Shown here piece by piece: positions 41,308 through 54,399 of a stretch of DNA of 64,000 nt (its first letter is position 1; every line of letters starts with the position of its first letter). A program made the position numbers and the translations under genes. Under the pieces are notes generated by a model. The model did not search any database and was not told the origin of the DNA. It was given only the letters and a program-made list of their open reading frames with translations. Source of the stretch: the human T2T-CHM13v2.0 reference genome, Homo sapiens; assembly GCF_009914755.1 (NCBI RefSeq), contig NC_060931.1; one strand, given 5' to 3'.

Positions 41308-41738
41308 TGTATTAATTTTCTAGTGCTGCCATAACAAAATAGTACAAGCTAGTTAGGTTAAAAAACAGTCACTTATTGTCTCATAATTCAGATACTAGAA
41401 GACCAAGATCAAGGTGCCAACAGGGATGGTTACTTCTGGCAGTGTGAGGAAGAATCCCTTCCATGCTTCTATCCTAGCTTCTGGTGACGAGCTGGCAATC
41501 TTTGTGGTTCGGCTTCACAAAGTGTTCCCCCTATGTGCGTGTCTGTGTCCCAATTTCCTCTTTTAGTAAAGATTTTGGTTCTATTGGATTAGGAGTCCAG
41601 CCTAAGCCAGTATGACCTCATCCTATCTTTACTAATTACATCTGCAAAGAACCTATTTCCAAACAGTCACATTCTGAGGTACTGGGAGTTAAGACTTTAA
41701 CAAGTAAATTTTAGGGAAGGACAATTCCACTCGTAAGA
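41308..41738 (-). mobile_element. MLT1 (MLT1C-like) MaLR LTR
   Basis: TGTATTAATTTTCTAGTGCTGCCATAACAAA..., CAAGATCAAGGTG, GTATGACCTCATC, CACATTCTGAGGTACTGGG. Confidence 0.88.
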
Positions 41739-43340
41739 CCACCTTCTGGCCCTGCAAAATTCACATTCTTCTCCTATGCACAATACATTCATTCTATTCC
41801 AACATTTTAAAAAGCTTAAACTCATTCCAGTGTCAACTAGAAGCTCTAAGTCTTACGTAAATATCATCGAAATCAGATATGAGTGAGACTTGAGGTGTGA
41901 TTCATCATGAGGTAAAATTACCCTCCAGCTGTAACCCTGTGAAACTAGAAAAATAATCTGCTTCCAAAATACAATGGTGGATCGGACATAGGATAGGCAT
42001 TTCCATTAAAAAAAGGAGAATCTGAAAGAAGAAGGGAATCATGGATTCCAAACAAGGCCAGAATATAGTTGGGTAAATTCCACTAAGATTTAGGGCCTAT
42101 AAGTAATCCTTGTTGACTCCAAGCTCTGTGCTGCAGACCTACTAGGGTGGTGGCCATACCTCCTTGGCCCTGGGCAGTGGCTACCCTTTAGTTTGGGCCT
42201 TCAGTCTATGGTGACAGTTATAGCCCCATGAGCCCTAAAAATTATCCTTCCTCTATTTTGTCTCTTCTCTGCCTCTTTCAGTCTAAGCAGGCTTGCAGTG
42301 CTATGCTGGCATAAAATTCTCAAAAACCTTGTTGGCCTCCTGTGCTAGACGTGGGAGTTCAAACCAGCAGACAAAAGTGGATATTTCCTGTGCAATCACA
42401 TCTCTATTTCTGGCTTTTGCTGAGATGGTTTACTGGATGCATGAGTCACACAGCAAATCTATCTAGCAAATGGTTGTCCAGCCACACCCTTGGCCTTATT
42501 TCAAGAGTATTTTGTCTGGGTAGGTTGAGAATCTTCCAAATTATTAAGTGCTAGTTTATTTTTGCTCAGCATTTTCTTTTTCAGTTTATTTTTCTCCTCT
42601 TGCATTTTACTCAAAGCAGCAAGAAAAAACTAGGCCACACCTGCAACACTTTGCTTAGAAATCTCCTCAGCTAAAAATCCAAGTGCATCACTTGTATATT
42701 ATACTCGCCACAAAACATTAAAATACAATATTGCTAAGTTATCTGCCATTTTATAACAAAAAAAAACTTTTCTCCATTTTTCACTAACATGTTAATTTTT
42801 GTCCAAGTTCTCATCAGAATTACTTTTAACATTCATATTTATACTAAGAATTTTTTCAAGAAAATATAGTGACATGGTTTGGCTGTGTCCCTACCCGAAT
42901 CTCATCTTGAATTCCCACGTGTTATGGGAGGGACCTGGTGGGAGGTAATTGAATCATGGGGGCAAGTCTTTCCTGTGCTGTTCTCATGATAGTGAATAAA
43001 TCTCATGAGATCTGATGGTTTTATAAGGAGGAGTTCCCTACACAAGCTCTCTCTTTGCCTGCTGACATCCATGTAAGATGTTACTTGTTCCTCCTTGTCC
43101 TCTGCCATGATTGTAAGTCTTCCCCAGCCACATGGAACTATTAGTCCATTAAACCTCTTTCTTTTGTAAATTGCCCAGTCTCGGGTATGTCTTTATCAAC
43201 AGCATAAAAACAGCTAATATAGTAAATCATCTAGCATTTTTTTAGTCAAGTTCCTCAAAACTCTTCAAGCCTCTATCCATTACTTAATTTCAAAGCTACT
43301 TCCACATTTTTTAGATATTGTTCCTAACAGCATCCCAATT
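41739..43340 (-). mobile_element. MLT1 internal region (MaLR-int), interrupted by THE1; 5' LTR not seen
   Basis: Contiguous with the LTR; CTTCCAAAATACAATGGTGG, CAACACTTTGCTTAGAAATCTCCTCAGCTAA, CAAAGCTACTTCCACATTTTT. Confidence 0.8.
42870..43221 (+). mobile_element. THE1 (THE1A/B-type) MaLR solo LTR
   Basis: TGACATGGTTTGGCTGTGTCCC...ATTAAACCTCTTTCTTTTGTAAATTGCCCAGTCTCGGGTATGTCTTTATC. Confidence 0.93.
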
Positions 43341-44199
43341 TCTAGTCCCCAAATCTGGTATGACTCTTACAGAAAAAAAAAAATAATAAATTTAATTCCT
43401 GTGCTGTATTTCTTTAAGAATGTGATATGGTTATTGGTGGCAAGACTAGACCAGATATGAGCACAAATCAGTTGACAATGATAGTAGATGGCATTATAAT
43501 AAATTCTGTGTTATCAGCTTACATGGCTTCCTGTTCCACATTTTCAAAATGTCAAAACTAAATTCAGTTAAACTAAACACATTGATTCTGTCCTATCAGT
43601 TAAAACTTAACAAATATGCCTACAGGATGCTTCTTTAACTAATTAATATGTTTGTTACTTTTATAAAGTTCTTTTTCATCCAAGACTCCACATTTTAGTT
43701 TTTCTCAATAGCTGGGTAGTTTCCACATCCTAAGTCCCTGTGTTGTTTACTGGTAGGAGTTGTTTGTAAGAAACAATAAATTACAATTTCTCTGGAATTA
43801 TTGAAGCTTGTTTTTGACTCTTTGAATATACCTTAGTTTAGGACCATATTATGCTGGAAACAAAAGAAGATCTGAGTGCATGGAAAATAACTAATTAGAG
43901 AAAATTGAATATATGAGGGAATCAGACAAACATGTAAGTGTCTCAAGAAAGTTATGTCTTTGGTTTTGCACATGTGAGGAAAAAACAAAAGCAGTCGTAA
44001 CTAGTACTGATAATCCTAAAATTTATGATAATGCATAAAATATATTCAAGAAACAAAAATGCATATACAAATAGATAAAATATAAGAAACAAAAAATGTT
44101 ATCTTATTATTATAAATGCCCAGAAGATTTATATGGGCTTTCTAAATAAATATTATTCTAGTTCATTATCATTCCCTAAAGTTTAAAGAAATTTTCCTG

Positions 44200-46560
44200 A
44201 TCATCTACCAGAATGGCAAAGTGAAGTGCTCAGTTAACTTGTTCCCCTTCTAAAACAAAGGAAATATGGACAACATAAATAAAATCAATGATTTCAGAAC
44301 TTTTGCATTTGTTCAAATCCAAAGAACAAACTGAATATTATCTACCAAAGAGAAACTATTGAACCTTGTGTATTAGTCCATTCTCATGCTGCTGAAAAAG
44401 ACATACCCGAGACTGGGCAAGTTACAAAAGAAAGAGGTTTAATGGACTTACAGTTCCACATGGCTGGGGAGGCCTCACAATCATGGTGGAAGGCAGGCAG
44501 GATCAAGTCACATCTTACACGGATGCCAGCAGGCAAAAAGAGAGCTTGTGCAAGGAAACTCCCCCTTATAAAAAAACCATCAGATCTTGTGAGACTTGCT
44601 CACTGTCATGAGAACAGCAAGGGAAAGAAGTGCCCCCAAGATTCAATTACCTTCCACCCAGTCCCTGCCACCACATGTGGGAATTCAAGGTAAGATTTGC
44701 CTGGGGACACAACCAAACCATATCACCTTGGTAAGACAGTTCTAACTTAGAGTTATCTACTTTTCCCTCCCTCCCCCTAAGCTCAGTGGTGATATAGCAA
44801 AAAGCTGGCAGCATGGCAAACAATGGAGGTATATGGCTACTTTTGAAGTTTCATTAAAAGCACCACCCCAGGGCTCAGTTATATTTGTTCTGAACTTGCA
44901 GATCTCTAAAAATCAAAAATCTATTCTTAGAAAGCAATGGCTATTTTATTTTACTCAGAGATCAGCTTAATGGAGCAGAATGTTGTAGCCTACCCCCAGA
45001 ACATTAAATAAACAATAATAAATTGCTGACAGTATTTCAGATACCTATGGTTGTGGTTTCAGATGAAGCAAAGAAAAGCCTAGCTGGAAATTTTAAAAAG
45101 AAATTCTGGGAGAATAAACAATCATAGGAGATTGTGAGAAACTCCAACATATGCCTGGGGATCTCATGGGTCGTGTATATGCCCAGGAAAGATCTGGGAA
45201 AGGAGAGGCACCAGTTACTCAGCTTTGGCTTGCCTGCACAAGCAGGAAGCAAGAGCTAAGGCTGTGTCATAAACTTTCTGAAATCCAAAGATTTTCTTTC
45301 TCACACAAATCTACTTGGAAAAGGATGTAAGGCATACAGGTAGGGCACTGAAGGCAATTTTCTAGCAACTCATTGCTCACCACTAAATTAAAATAACATA
45401 GAAGTGACCCCATAAAAGCCAGTCTTAACAATGAAACATGAATTACAAATGAAAAACTAACAGATAATTCAATAGCTCCACGCTTCAAACAATATATAAT
45501 GTACAGAATTATCTAGGAAAGTGCTAAACAAGTCAGCAGCAACAAAAAAATTACAACACTACCACAACCAGAACTAGCAACAAACTGATGACTATAAACC
45601 TTGAAGGATGTAGGAATTAAAAGTAGAATTGTTGTATTACCTAAAATATCCATTTTTAATAAAAATATAAAGAAACTGAATAGTATGCCTATACATAGAG
45701 GGAAGAAAAACAGCAAATAGAAAATGTCTTTCAGGAGGCATATATTTTGAATGTAGCAAACAAAGTCTTTTAGCTATTATAAATATGTTAAAAGAATTAA
45801 AGAAGCAGAACAGATCTCATTTGCAAAGAGTGTGTTTTTTTTATTTTTATTTTTTATTTTACTTGTCTAGTGGCTCCCTGGATGACCAGCTCAAAGGGCT
45901 TGCCTTTATCTCTTCTTACCCAGATCTCTCCTAATCTCATGCCCTGGGGAAAGTTTGTTGAAAATATTTAAAATATTTATAGGTAAATATATTAGTCATT
46001 GCTGCATGTACCCATAAATAGTAGTTGTAAACAACAGACAAACAAAGAAGATTGAGAGGAAAATCTGTGATATCAGATTCTTTGAGGAATGAGTTTTGAA
46101 GTATCCCAACATATTTCTGGTAATTTCTAAGCCATGTAATGCAAAGGGCTGTGTGCATGTTCAGGAAAGGTAGGAGAAGCCTGTAACCTGTTGCTTCTGG
46201 CTGATCTTCAGCCTCTGAGCTAGCAGAAAATGGAACCTAAGGAAGAACTGAAAACTCCCTGACCAAATGTAGAAGGGAAAATTCAAAAATCTACCGAGCC
46301 CATCTGTGAAATGTTCAATCACTAGCTCACCAATGAGATAATGGAACAGAGGCTTTAGTGGCTACACCGAATAAAGAATACACTCTTTAAAAATGTAATT
46401 CAGAAAAATCACTAATTAAACAACCAATAACTACAACAAGAAGCAACGGGAAATTCTGGGGAAGGGAGGTAAGCTAACTTTCATATTGCTGCATTATGAT
46501 ATCATGTTCAGCTTTCAACAAAAAAAATTATAAGGCATGCAAAACAACTAAAAATACAGT
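44200..46560 (+). mobile_element. Old L1M (ME/MD-type) 5'UTR/ORF1 fragments, rearranged, interrupted by THE1
   Basis: AGAATGGC..., AAAATCAATGATTTCAGAAC, ATGCCCAGGAAAGATCTG, TAGCTATTATAAATATGTTAAAAGAATTAAAG. Confidence 0.6.
44369..44725 (-). mobile_element. THE1 (THE1A/B-type) MaLR solo LTR
   Basis: TGTATTAGTCC...CCAAACCATATCA; exact 5-bp TSD CCTTG. Confidence 0.95.
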
Positions 46561-46569
46561 GTGAAGTGT

Positions 46570-46830
46570 ACTCTTCAAAACCACCACCAAGTTAGGGAGC
46601 AAGATACAGCCCCAGGGTAACATAAAACACCGCAAAATGTGCTCGTCTTTTTATGATTCAGCTGTTTTATTTTTTCCTTGATTAATTGTTCTCCTACTTG
46701 CTGCAAGCTGTTGATTAGCCTATAGAATTAGAAAAATGTTGATTCTGACCGTTTTTACCTATTTTTATTGCTTTATGAAGGGAGAAGCTATTGGCATTGT
46801 GTACTCTGCCATTTTTGCCAACATCACTCA
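46570..46830 (-). mobile_element. Old L1M 5' end fragment
   Basis: AAAATGTTGATTCTGAC..., TACTCTGCCATTTTTGC. Confidence 0.5.
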
Positions 46831-47534
46831 CTAGTGTATTTTTGAAGTGACACTTACATTTAATGTTTTTTAGATAGCTAAAAATAATGAGACAACATAT
46901 TTCTCAAAAATTTTAATAATTTGTAAACATTTTAAAGCAAATTTAATAAGACTGAAATCTTAAAGTAGTAAGTTTACTTTTTTCTTCACAAGTATGTTTT
47001 AGTGCCAGTTCCAAAACACAACATATTCCCTTTATTGTTTTTTTTTTAATTGCCATGTGTCTATTTTTCTCTTGGAATTTTGAATTTTGTACATGAAGGA
47101 TGATCTTGAATCCTTGAAGTTTATTTTAGACTTTTAAATATGCCTGTCAATTAGCATATTTCTCACTGGAAAATCTCTTTACCTTCGCAGGCTGTTCAAT
47201 TGCCTTACCTCCTTTACTTTGAGGGATTAGAGCTAATACATTTTTGCAAAAACTGAAGGTTATACTTTGAATTGAACTTTATATAATTAAACTGACCCCT
47301 TTTTTAAGTGAAATTCTTACTTTTGCTTTTGTTGTGTGTTGGGATAATTTATGTTGTATATTTAAAAACTTTAAAAATATTGAAAACATTTTCAGAAATA
47401 ATTGGGTTGACAAAGTTAACTCTACAAAGCTTTTAGAACCCTCCATATTGAAACTTGTTCAAGTAGCCATAGAAGCTACTTGGCAGACAGTTTATATCTG
47501 CATGATTAGCAATAAATGTTAAATAGAGTAATAG

Positions 47535-49190
47535 CCATTTAATTCAACAAATATTTATTGTATGCTTTCTGTGTGTCAGTTAATCCGCTAGGCACTACAG
47601 AAATAACAAAAGAAAAACTATATTCCTTTTTTTTCAAAGGAGCATGCTCTCTGATAGTAGGTGGTTTTATAAAATAATTCAATGTAATAACGAAGTGGCT
47701 ACACTGTCTGGGGTATATACCCTGGAGTTTGTTGTCACACATCAATAGAGAATTCAGGACACGGACACGTGTGGGCGGGTTAAGGAGTGGAAAGTTTAAT
47801 AAAAGAAAGGAGAAAGGAGAAAGGTGAGCAGCTCCTTGCAAGAGAGAGATCAGGAGAGAGAGATATAAAAGACTGAAAAAGTGGGGAGGGGAGGTGGCAG
47901 ACTGCAGCAGATTTTATAGGGAGGCTAGAGGAGGCGGTGTCTGATTTACACAGGGCTCACAGATTAGTCCCATCAGCTATGATCCCTATAGTCCCTATAG
48001 TGCACAGGGAAGGCTGATCCTCCCACTCAAGATTATGCAAATGGTCTTTCCTGTTAATTGGCACCATCTTGTCTGCTCCTCTACAGTACACGTGACTGGC
48101 AGAGAAGGGAAGATGGACCTGCCATTTTGAAAAAGTCTAGTCCTTAGTTCCTGCCAGCATTCACCCATACAAGCTCACGGCTTGCAGGCTGCTATTTGTT
48201 AGAAAATAATTTGGGGCTGCTTTTCATTAAAAAGAAGAGCCTTACCAAGGACTCCCATGACCTTGCTATCTACCTAAGTAATTCCTTCTTGACTCCTATA
48301 TCAATAGCATGCTTGCTGCTACAAGTGCTTAGAGAAGGCACAATGAACCCAGGGCAGATAGATTCAAAAAAGATTTCATTACCTCTCATTTTAGGGTTTT
48401 TATAGTTTCCTTGTTTGCAATTTATATTTAATTAGCCATATCTCAAAATGTACTGTTTACATAAAATTGACGTTTGCCAATTCTTAAGGAGACTAGAAGA
48501 AAAATAGCTTTACCCAAAATGTTGCACCTAGATGTTTTCATGTTCTATAAAGGTGAGTGTGTCTAACATGGTCAGGACAAGCATGAAAGCTGGTGTGGCT
48601 AGAGTTAAGAGAGAGGGAGGAAAATACTCAAAAGATTTTCAGATGGTTTGTATCAGGCAAGTGCCAGGATGATCTTAAATGGTTAGGTACAACTATATTC
48701 ATAGCTGAAAATAGAACCAACTGGATTTCCTAATGGTCCAGATGTGATGTTAAGAACAGGCAGAGTTAAGGTTTGTATTGAGCAACTGTAAAGATGGACT
48801 TCCCATCAACAGAGAAGACTGGTGAGAAGGGGCTGGTGAGTGACATCAGGGGCACTTATTTTAACTGGTTAAATTTGAGGCACTTATCAGATTCACACCG
48901 GAGCCATCAGTTTGACAGTAGGATTTGGGAAGTTGGAGTTCAGAGTAGGAGTCAGAGATGAAAATGTAAATTTTAGAGGAATCAGCGTATAAATAGACAT
49001 GGCCATCAAAGGAATGAGTAAAGATAGACTCAAAGGAGAATTCAAGGACAGATCCAAGTGGCATTCACATGTTTAATGTTAAGAGATGAAGTAACAGCAA
49101 AGGATAGAGATTAGAACAGAACTTACAAAAAAAGGGAAAAAGAAAACTGACTATATAATGTCCTGAGTTAAAGTAAATTTCCAGTTTTTT
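47535..49190 (-). mobile_element. L2 (L2a-like), interrupted by the LTR at 47691-48303
   Basis: ATTCAACAAATATTTATTG 3' end; TTAAATTTGAGG..TGGAGTTCAGAG..ATCAGCGTATAAATAG. Confidence 0.75.
47691..48303 (-). mobile_element. LTR9/MER61-group ERV1 solo LTR
   Basis: Ends GAAGTGGCT..GTCTGGGGTATATACCC and CCTAAGTAATTCCTTCTTGACTCCTATATCA; flanks ATAA/ATAG; octamer ATGCAAAT 48035-48042. Confidence 0.8.
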
Positions 49191-49520
49191 AAAAAAGTTG
49201 CCCATTGAAAGCTTTCTAGGAGAAATGAGTGATCACCTCTGTCCTGTGCTGATGACCCAATGGCTCCATCCATGTTACTGCAAAGGACATGACTTCATTC
49301 GTTTTTATGGCTGCATGGTATTCTATAGTATATATGTACCACATTTTATTTATCCAGTCTTCCTTTGATGGGCATTTGGGTTGTTTCCATGTCTTTGCCA
49401 TTGTGAATAGTATGCAATGAACATATGCATGCATGTGTCTTTATGATAGAATGATTTATATTCCTTTGGGTATGTACTCAGTAATGGGAATGCTGGGTCA
49501 AATGGTAGTTCTGATTTTAG

Positions 49521-49939
<419 letters not shown>

Positions 49940-50768
49940 TTTACTTTTTTAATAATAGCCATTATGACTGGTATGAGATGACATCTAATTGTGGTTTGGA
50001 TTTCCATTTCTTTAATGATCAGGGATGTTGAACTTTTTTTCATAAGCTTGTTGGCCACATGAATGTCTTCTTTTGAAAACTGTCTAAGTCCTTTGCCCAC
50101 TTTTTAATGGGGTTGTTTATTTCTTGTCAATTTGTTTAAGATCCTTATAGATACTAGATATTAGACTTCTGTCAAATGCATAGTTTGCAAGTATTTTCTC
50201 TCATTCTGTAGGTTGTCTGGTTGTCTGTTTACTCTGTTGATAGTTTGCTTTGCTGTGCAGAAGTTTTTTGGTTTAATTAGATCCCATTTGTCAATTTTTG
50301 CTTTTGTTGAAGTTGCTTTTGGCATCTTCATCATTAAATTTTTGCCAGTTCCTGTGCCCAGAATGTTATTGCCTAGGTTGCCTTCCAGGGTTTTCATAGT
50401 TTTGGGTTTTACATTTAAGTTCTCTTAAGTTGATTTTTGTATATATTGTAAGGAAGGGGTCCAGTTTCAATTTTCTGCATATGGCTAGCCAGTTATCCCA
50501 GTACCATTTATTGAATAGGGAATCCTTTTCCCATTGTTTGTTTTTGTCAGCTTTGTTGAAGATCAGGTGGCTGTAAGTGTGCAGTGTTATTTCAGGGCTT
50601 TCCATTCTGTTCCATTGGTTTTGGGATCTGTTTTTGTACCAATGCCATGAAGTTTTGGTTACTGTAGCCCTGTAATACAGTTTGAAGTTGAGTTATGTGA
50701 TGCCTCCAGCTTTGTTCTTTTTGCTTAGGATTGACCTGGCTATTTAGGCTCTTTTTAGTTTCCATATT

Positions 50769-51087
<319 letters not shown>

Positions 51088-51160
51088 TAAGATACTTTTT
51101 CTAGTTCTGTGAAGAATGTCATTGGTAGTTAGATAGGAATAACATTGAAACTGCTAATTG

Positions 51161-51535
51161 CTTAGGATAAAAAATCAATGTACAAAAATCACTAGTATTC
51201 CTATACAACAACAATAGTCAAGCTGAGAGCCTAATCAGGAATGCAATCCCATTCACAATTGCTACAAAAGATATGGCCACTTTAATGGTACTGATTATTC
51301 CTATCCAAGAGCATGGATTGTTTATTCATTTGTTTGTGACCCTCTCTGATTTCTTTCAGTAGTGGTTTATAATTCTCGTAGAGATACTTTCACCTCCCTG
51401 GTTGGCTGTATTCTTAGGCATTTTATATCTTTAGTGATAATTGTGAATGGGATTGCATTCCTGATTAGGCTCTCAGCTTGACTATTGTTGTATAGGAATA
51501 TTAGTAATTTTTGTACATTGATTTTTTATCCTAAG
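51161..51535. repeat. About 111-bp inverted repeat (51161-51274 vs 51425-51535) inside L1
   Basis: CTTAGGATAAAAAATCAATGTACAAAAA...GGAATGCAATCCCATTCACAATT is the reverse complement of the downstream L1 segment. Confidence 0.95.
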
Positions 51536-51679
51536 ACTTTGCTGAAGTTCTTTATTGCTCTTCGCTTTTGGGCCAAGACTATGGGGTTTTCTAGATATAG
51601 AATCTTGTCGTCTGCAGACAGGGATAGTTTGACTTCCTCTCTTCCCATTCAGATGTGTTAGTATTTTAGTACTTTTTCC

Positions 51680-53040
51680 CTTTTGTTGATTATACTTTGA
51701 ATGTTATCAAAATATATGCCAAATCCAAAGTCACTAAATTTTTCTTGTAATTTTTAATAGAAGTTTTGTATTTTTGACTGTAATAGCTATAATCCATGTC
51801 AAATTAATTTTTGTGTATATTGTGAAAGAAGCTTTTTTAAATTCCTATTTATTCAATTGTTCCAGCATCGTTTGTTGAAAATCTTACACTTTATACCCAT
51901 CACTGGTCCTGGCACCTTTCTTAAAAAATCAGCTGTCCATGTAGGTGTGTGGGTATGTTTTGGGTCCTCTTCTCTGTTTTATTGAACTAGTGCCTCTCTT
52001 TATGCTAATGTCACACTCTCTTGATTACTTTAGCATCATAGTGAATCTTGGAATCACAAAGGGAGCTCCTTTAACCTTGTTCTTCTTTATTAAATTATTT
52101 TTGCATTTCCACATTAATTTTTAAATAAGCTTGTCGGTTTTTACAAAGAAGGCAGCTGGGGTTTTAATTCTGATTACACTGAACTTATAGACCAATTTGA
52201 GAGAACTGGCACCATAACAATAATGAATTTTCTTATCTGTGACCTCGCTGTATCTCTTCATTTATTTAGTTCTTCTTTAATTTACCTCACTAATATTTCA
52301 TAATTTTCAGTTTCAGAGTATTAAGAATATTAAGCAAATCTGCTAAACTGAAATATTTGTTCTAGTAATATCACAGTAGTTACAGCAGAATTTTTTCTAC
52401 AGATATATAGAAAAAACAAGTATTACATTTAAGCCTGTAATCTATTTTGAAGTCTTATATTTAAGCCTTTCATCTATTTTGAGTAGATTTTTGTATACGA
52501 TGTGAGGTAACAGTCCAATTTCATTCTTCTGCACTATGGATATTTGTTTTTTCCAGCACCATTTGTTGAATAGGCTGTTTTTCCCCATTATGTGTCATGA
52601 TCTATAGAAAAAAATTCTGCTGAATCTACTATCATATTCCTAGAACAAGTAAGTCAGTTTAGCAAGTTTACTTATGAATACATAAATAAAGAGAGTTTTA
52701 ATTTTTCCTTGCAATCTAGATTTACTTTATCTATTTTCCTTGTTGCAGCAGGTAGAATCTACAGTATAATGTTTAGCAGAAGTCATAAGAGCGCACATAC
52801 TTGCCATGTTTGTTATCCCAATGGGAAGGGATTTAGTCTTTTACCATTAAGTACAATGTTAGCTATAGGTGTTTCATAGATGCCTTCCATGAGGTTTAAG
52901 AGATATGCTTATATGCATATATTTCTGAAGTTTTTGTTGTTATTCGTTTTAATCAGGGTTGGACGGTGGATTTCTCTAAATCCTTTAACTCTTGAGATGA
53001 TCTTTTTCTTCTTTTTAGTATATTTACACTATGAATTTCA
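51680..53040 (-). mobile_element. Older L1M ORF2 fragments (rearranged)
   Basis: TTCCAGCATCGTTTGTTGAAAA, TTTAGTCTTTTACCATTAAGTACAATGTTAGCTATAGG. Confidence 0.75.
52331..52674. repeat. About 75-bp diverged inverted repeat (52331-52404 vs 52600-52674)
   Basis: TGCTAAACTGA..TTGTTCTAG..CAGCAGAATTTTTTCTACAGAT vs ATCTATAGAAAAAAATTCTGCTG..CTAGAACAA..TCAGTTTAGCA. Confidence 0.85.
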
Positions 53041-53045
53041 CTGAT

Positions 53046-53348
53046 TTTTTTTCCCTTTTTTTTTCTTTTGAGATAGCATCTCGCTCAGTCACCCAGGCTG
53101 GAGTGCAACGGCGCGATCTTGGCTCATGCAACCTCCGCCTCCCGGGTTCAAGCGATTCTCCTGTGTCAGCCTCCCGAGTAGCTGGGATTACAGGCATCTG
53201 CCATCATGGCTGGCTAATTTTTCTATTTTGGAGAGACAGGGTTTCACCATGTTGGACAGGCGGGTCTTGAATTCTTGACCTCAGGGGATCCGCCTGCTTC
53301 AGCCTCCCAAAGTGCTGAGATTACAGGCATGAGCCACCGCACCTGGCC
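53046..53348 (-). mobile_element. Alu SINE (AluS-type)
   Basis: Full reverse Alu; TSD TCA(C/T)TGATTTTTTT. Confidence 0.95.
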
Positions 53349-53374
53349 TCATTGATTTTTTTCTAAACATTTTC

Positions 53375-53520
53375 TTTAATTTTTCAGTTTATTGAGGTAT
53401 AATTGACAAGTACAAATTGTGTATATTTAAGATGCACAACCTGTTGTTTTGATATACATTTGTAATATGAAATGATCACCATAATCAAGCTAGTTAACAT
53501 ATCACATAGTTGCTATTTTC

Positions 53521-53559
<39 letters not shown>

Positions 53560-54005
53560 TGAGAACCACAGATTTGCTAAGCTCTACACCTCTTAGCAAA
53601 TTTCAATTATTGCTAACTTAGTGACCATGATGTACACTAAATCCCAGAACTCATTTGTCTTGCATAACTGAAACTTTGTACCCTTCAGTCAATATCTCCC
53701 CATTTTCTTCTCCTTGCCATACATAGCAACAACTGTTCTACTCTGCTTCTGAGTTTGACCATTTTCGCTTCCATAGATCATGAGATCATACAGGATTTGT
53801 CTTTTGTGTCTGGCTTATTTCACCTAGTATAATATCTTCTAACTTCATCCACACTGTTACAAATGACAGGATTTCCTTTTTTAAGGTTAAATAATATTCC
53901 TTCATGTATCTAAAAATAATATTTTCTTTTTTCATTCATCCATTAATGGTCATTTAGGTTTTTTCCATGTAATTCCTCTTGGGAATAATACTGCAATGAA
54001 CATGA
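53375..54005 (-). mobile_element. L1MA (MA8/9-like) 3' end
   Basis: TTATTGAGGTATAATTGACAA, TCAAGCTAGTTAACATATC, TAACTGAAACTTTGTACCC. Confidence 0.85.
53523..53558. repeat. (TG)18 microsatellite
   Basis: Uninterrupted TG run. Confidence 0.97.
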
Positions 54006-54179
54006 GAGTTTTATTTAGAAATATTTTATTTTGTGTTCAAATATTGGGGGTTATCCAGATTTCTTTCTTTTGTTGAATTCTAATTCAATTTCATAGTTCA
54101 TAGAAAACATAATTCGAATGATTGGAATTAAATTTGGTGATTCTGCTTCCAAATTTCCTTTGTACCTAACCTGTCACAT

Positions 54180-54395
54180 CAATTCTTTCCAGGGTTTCCA
54201 GCCTACTGACTTGCCCTGCAGATGGAGAACTTGAAGCACCTACAACCTGATAATATAATTCCTCGCAATCTCTCTCTCTCTTTCTCTCTCTCTCTCCTCT
54301 CCCACTTCATGTGCACACATATACACACATACACACACATTCTAGCTCTATTGGTTCTGTTTCTCTGCACAGCCTTGACTAAAACAGATTTTGGT
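54180..54395 (+). mobile_element. MLT2 (MLT2D-like) LTR 3' fragment
   Basis: GCCCTGCAGAT..(CT)n(CA)n..CTATTGGTTCTGTTTCTCTG..CCTTGACTAAAACA. Confidence 0.7.
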
Positions 54396-54399
54396 TTTA

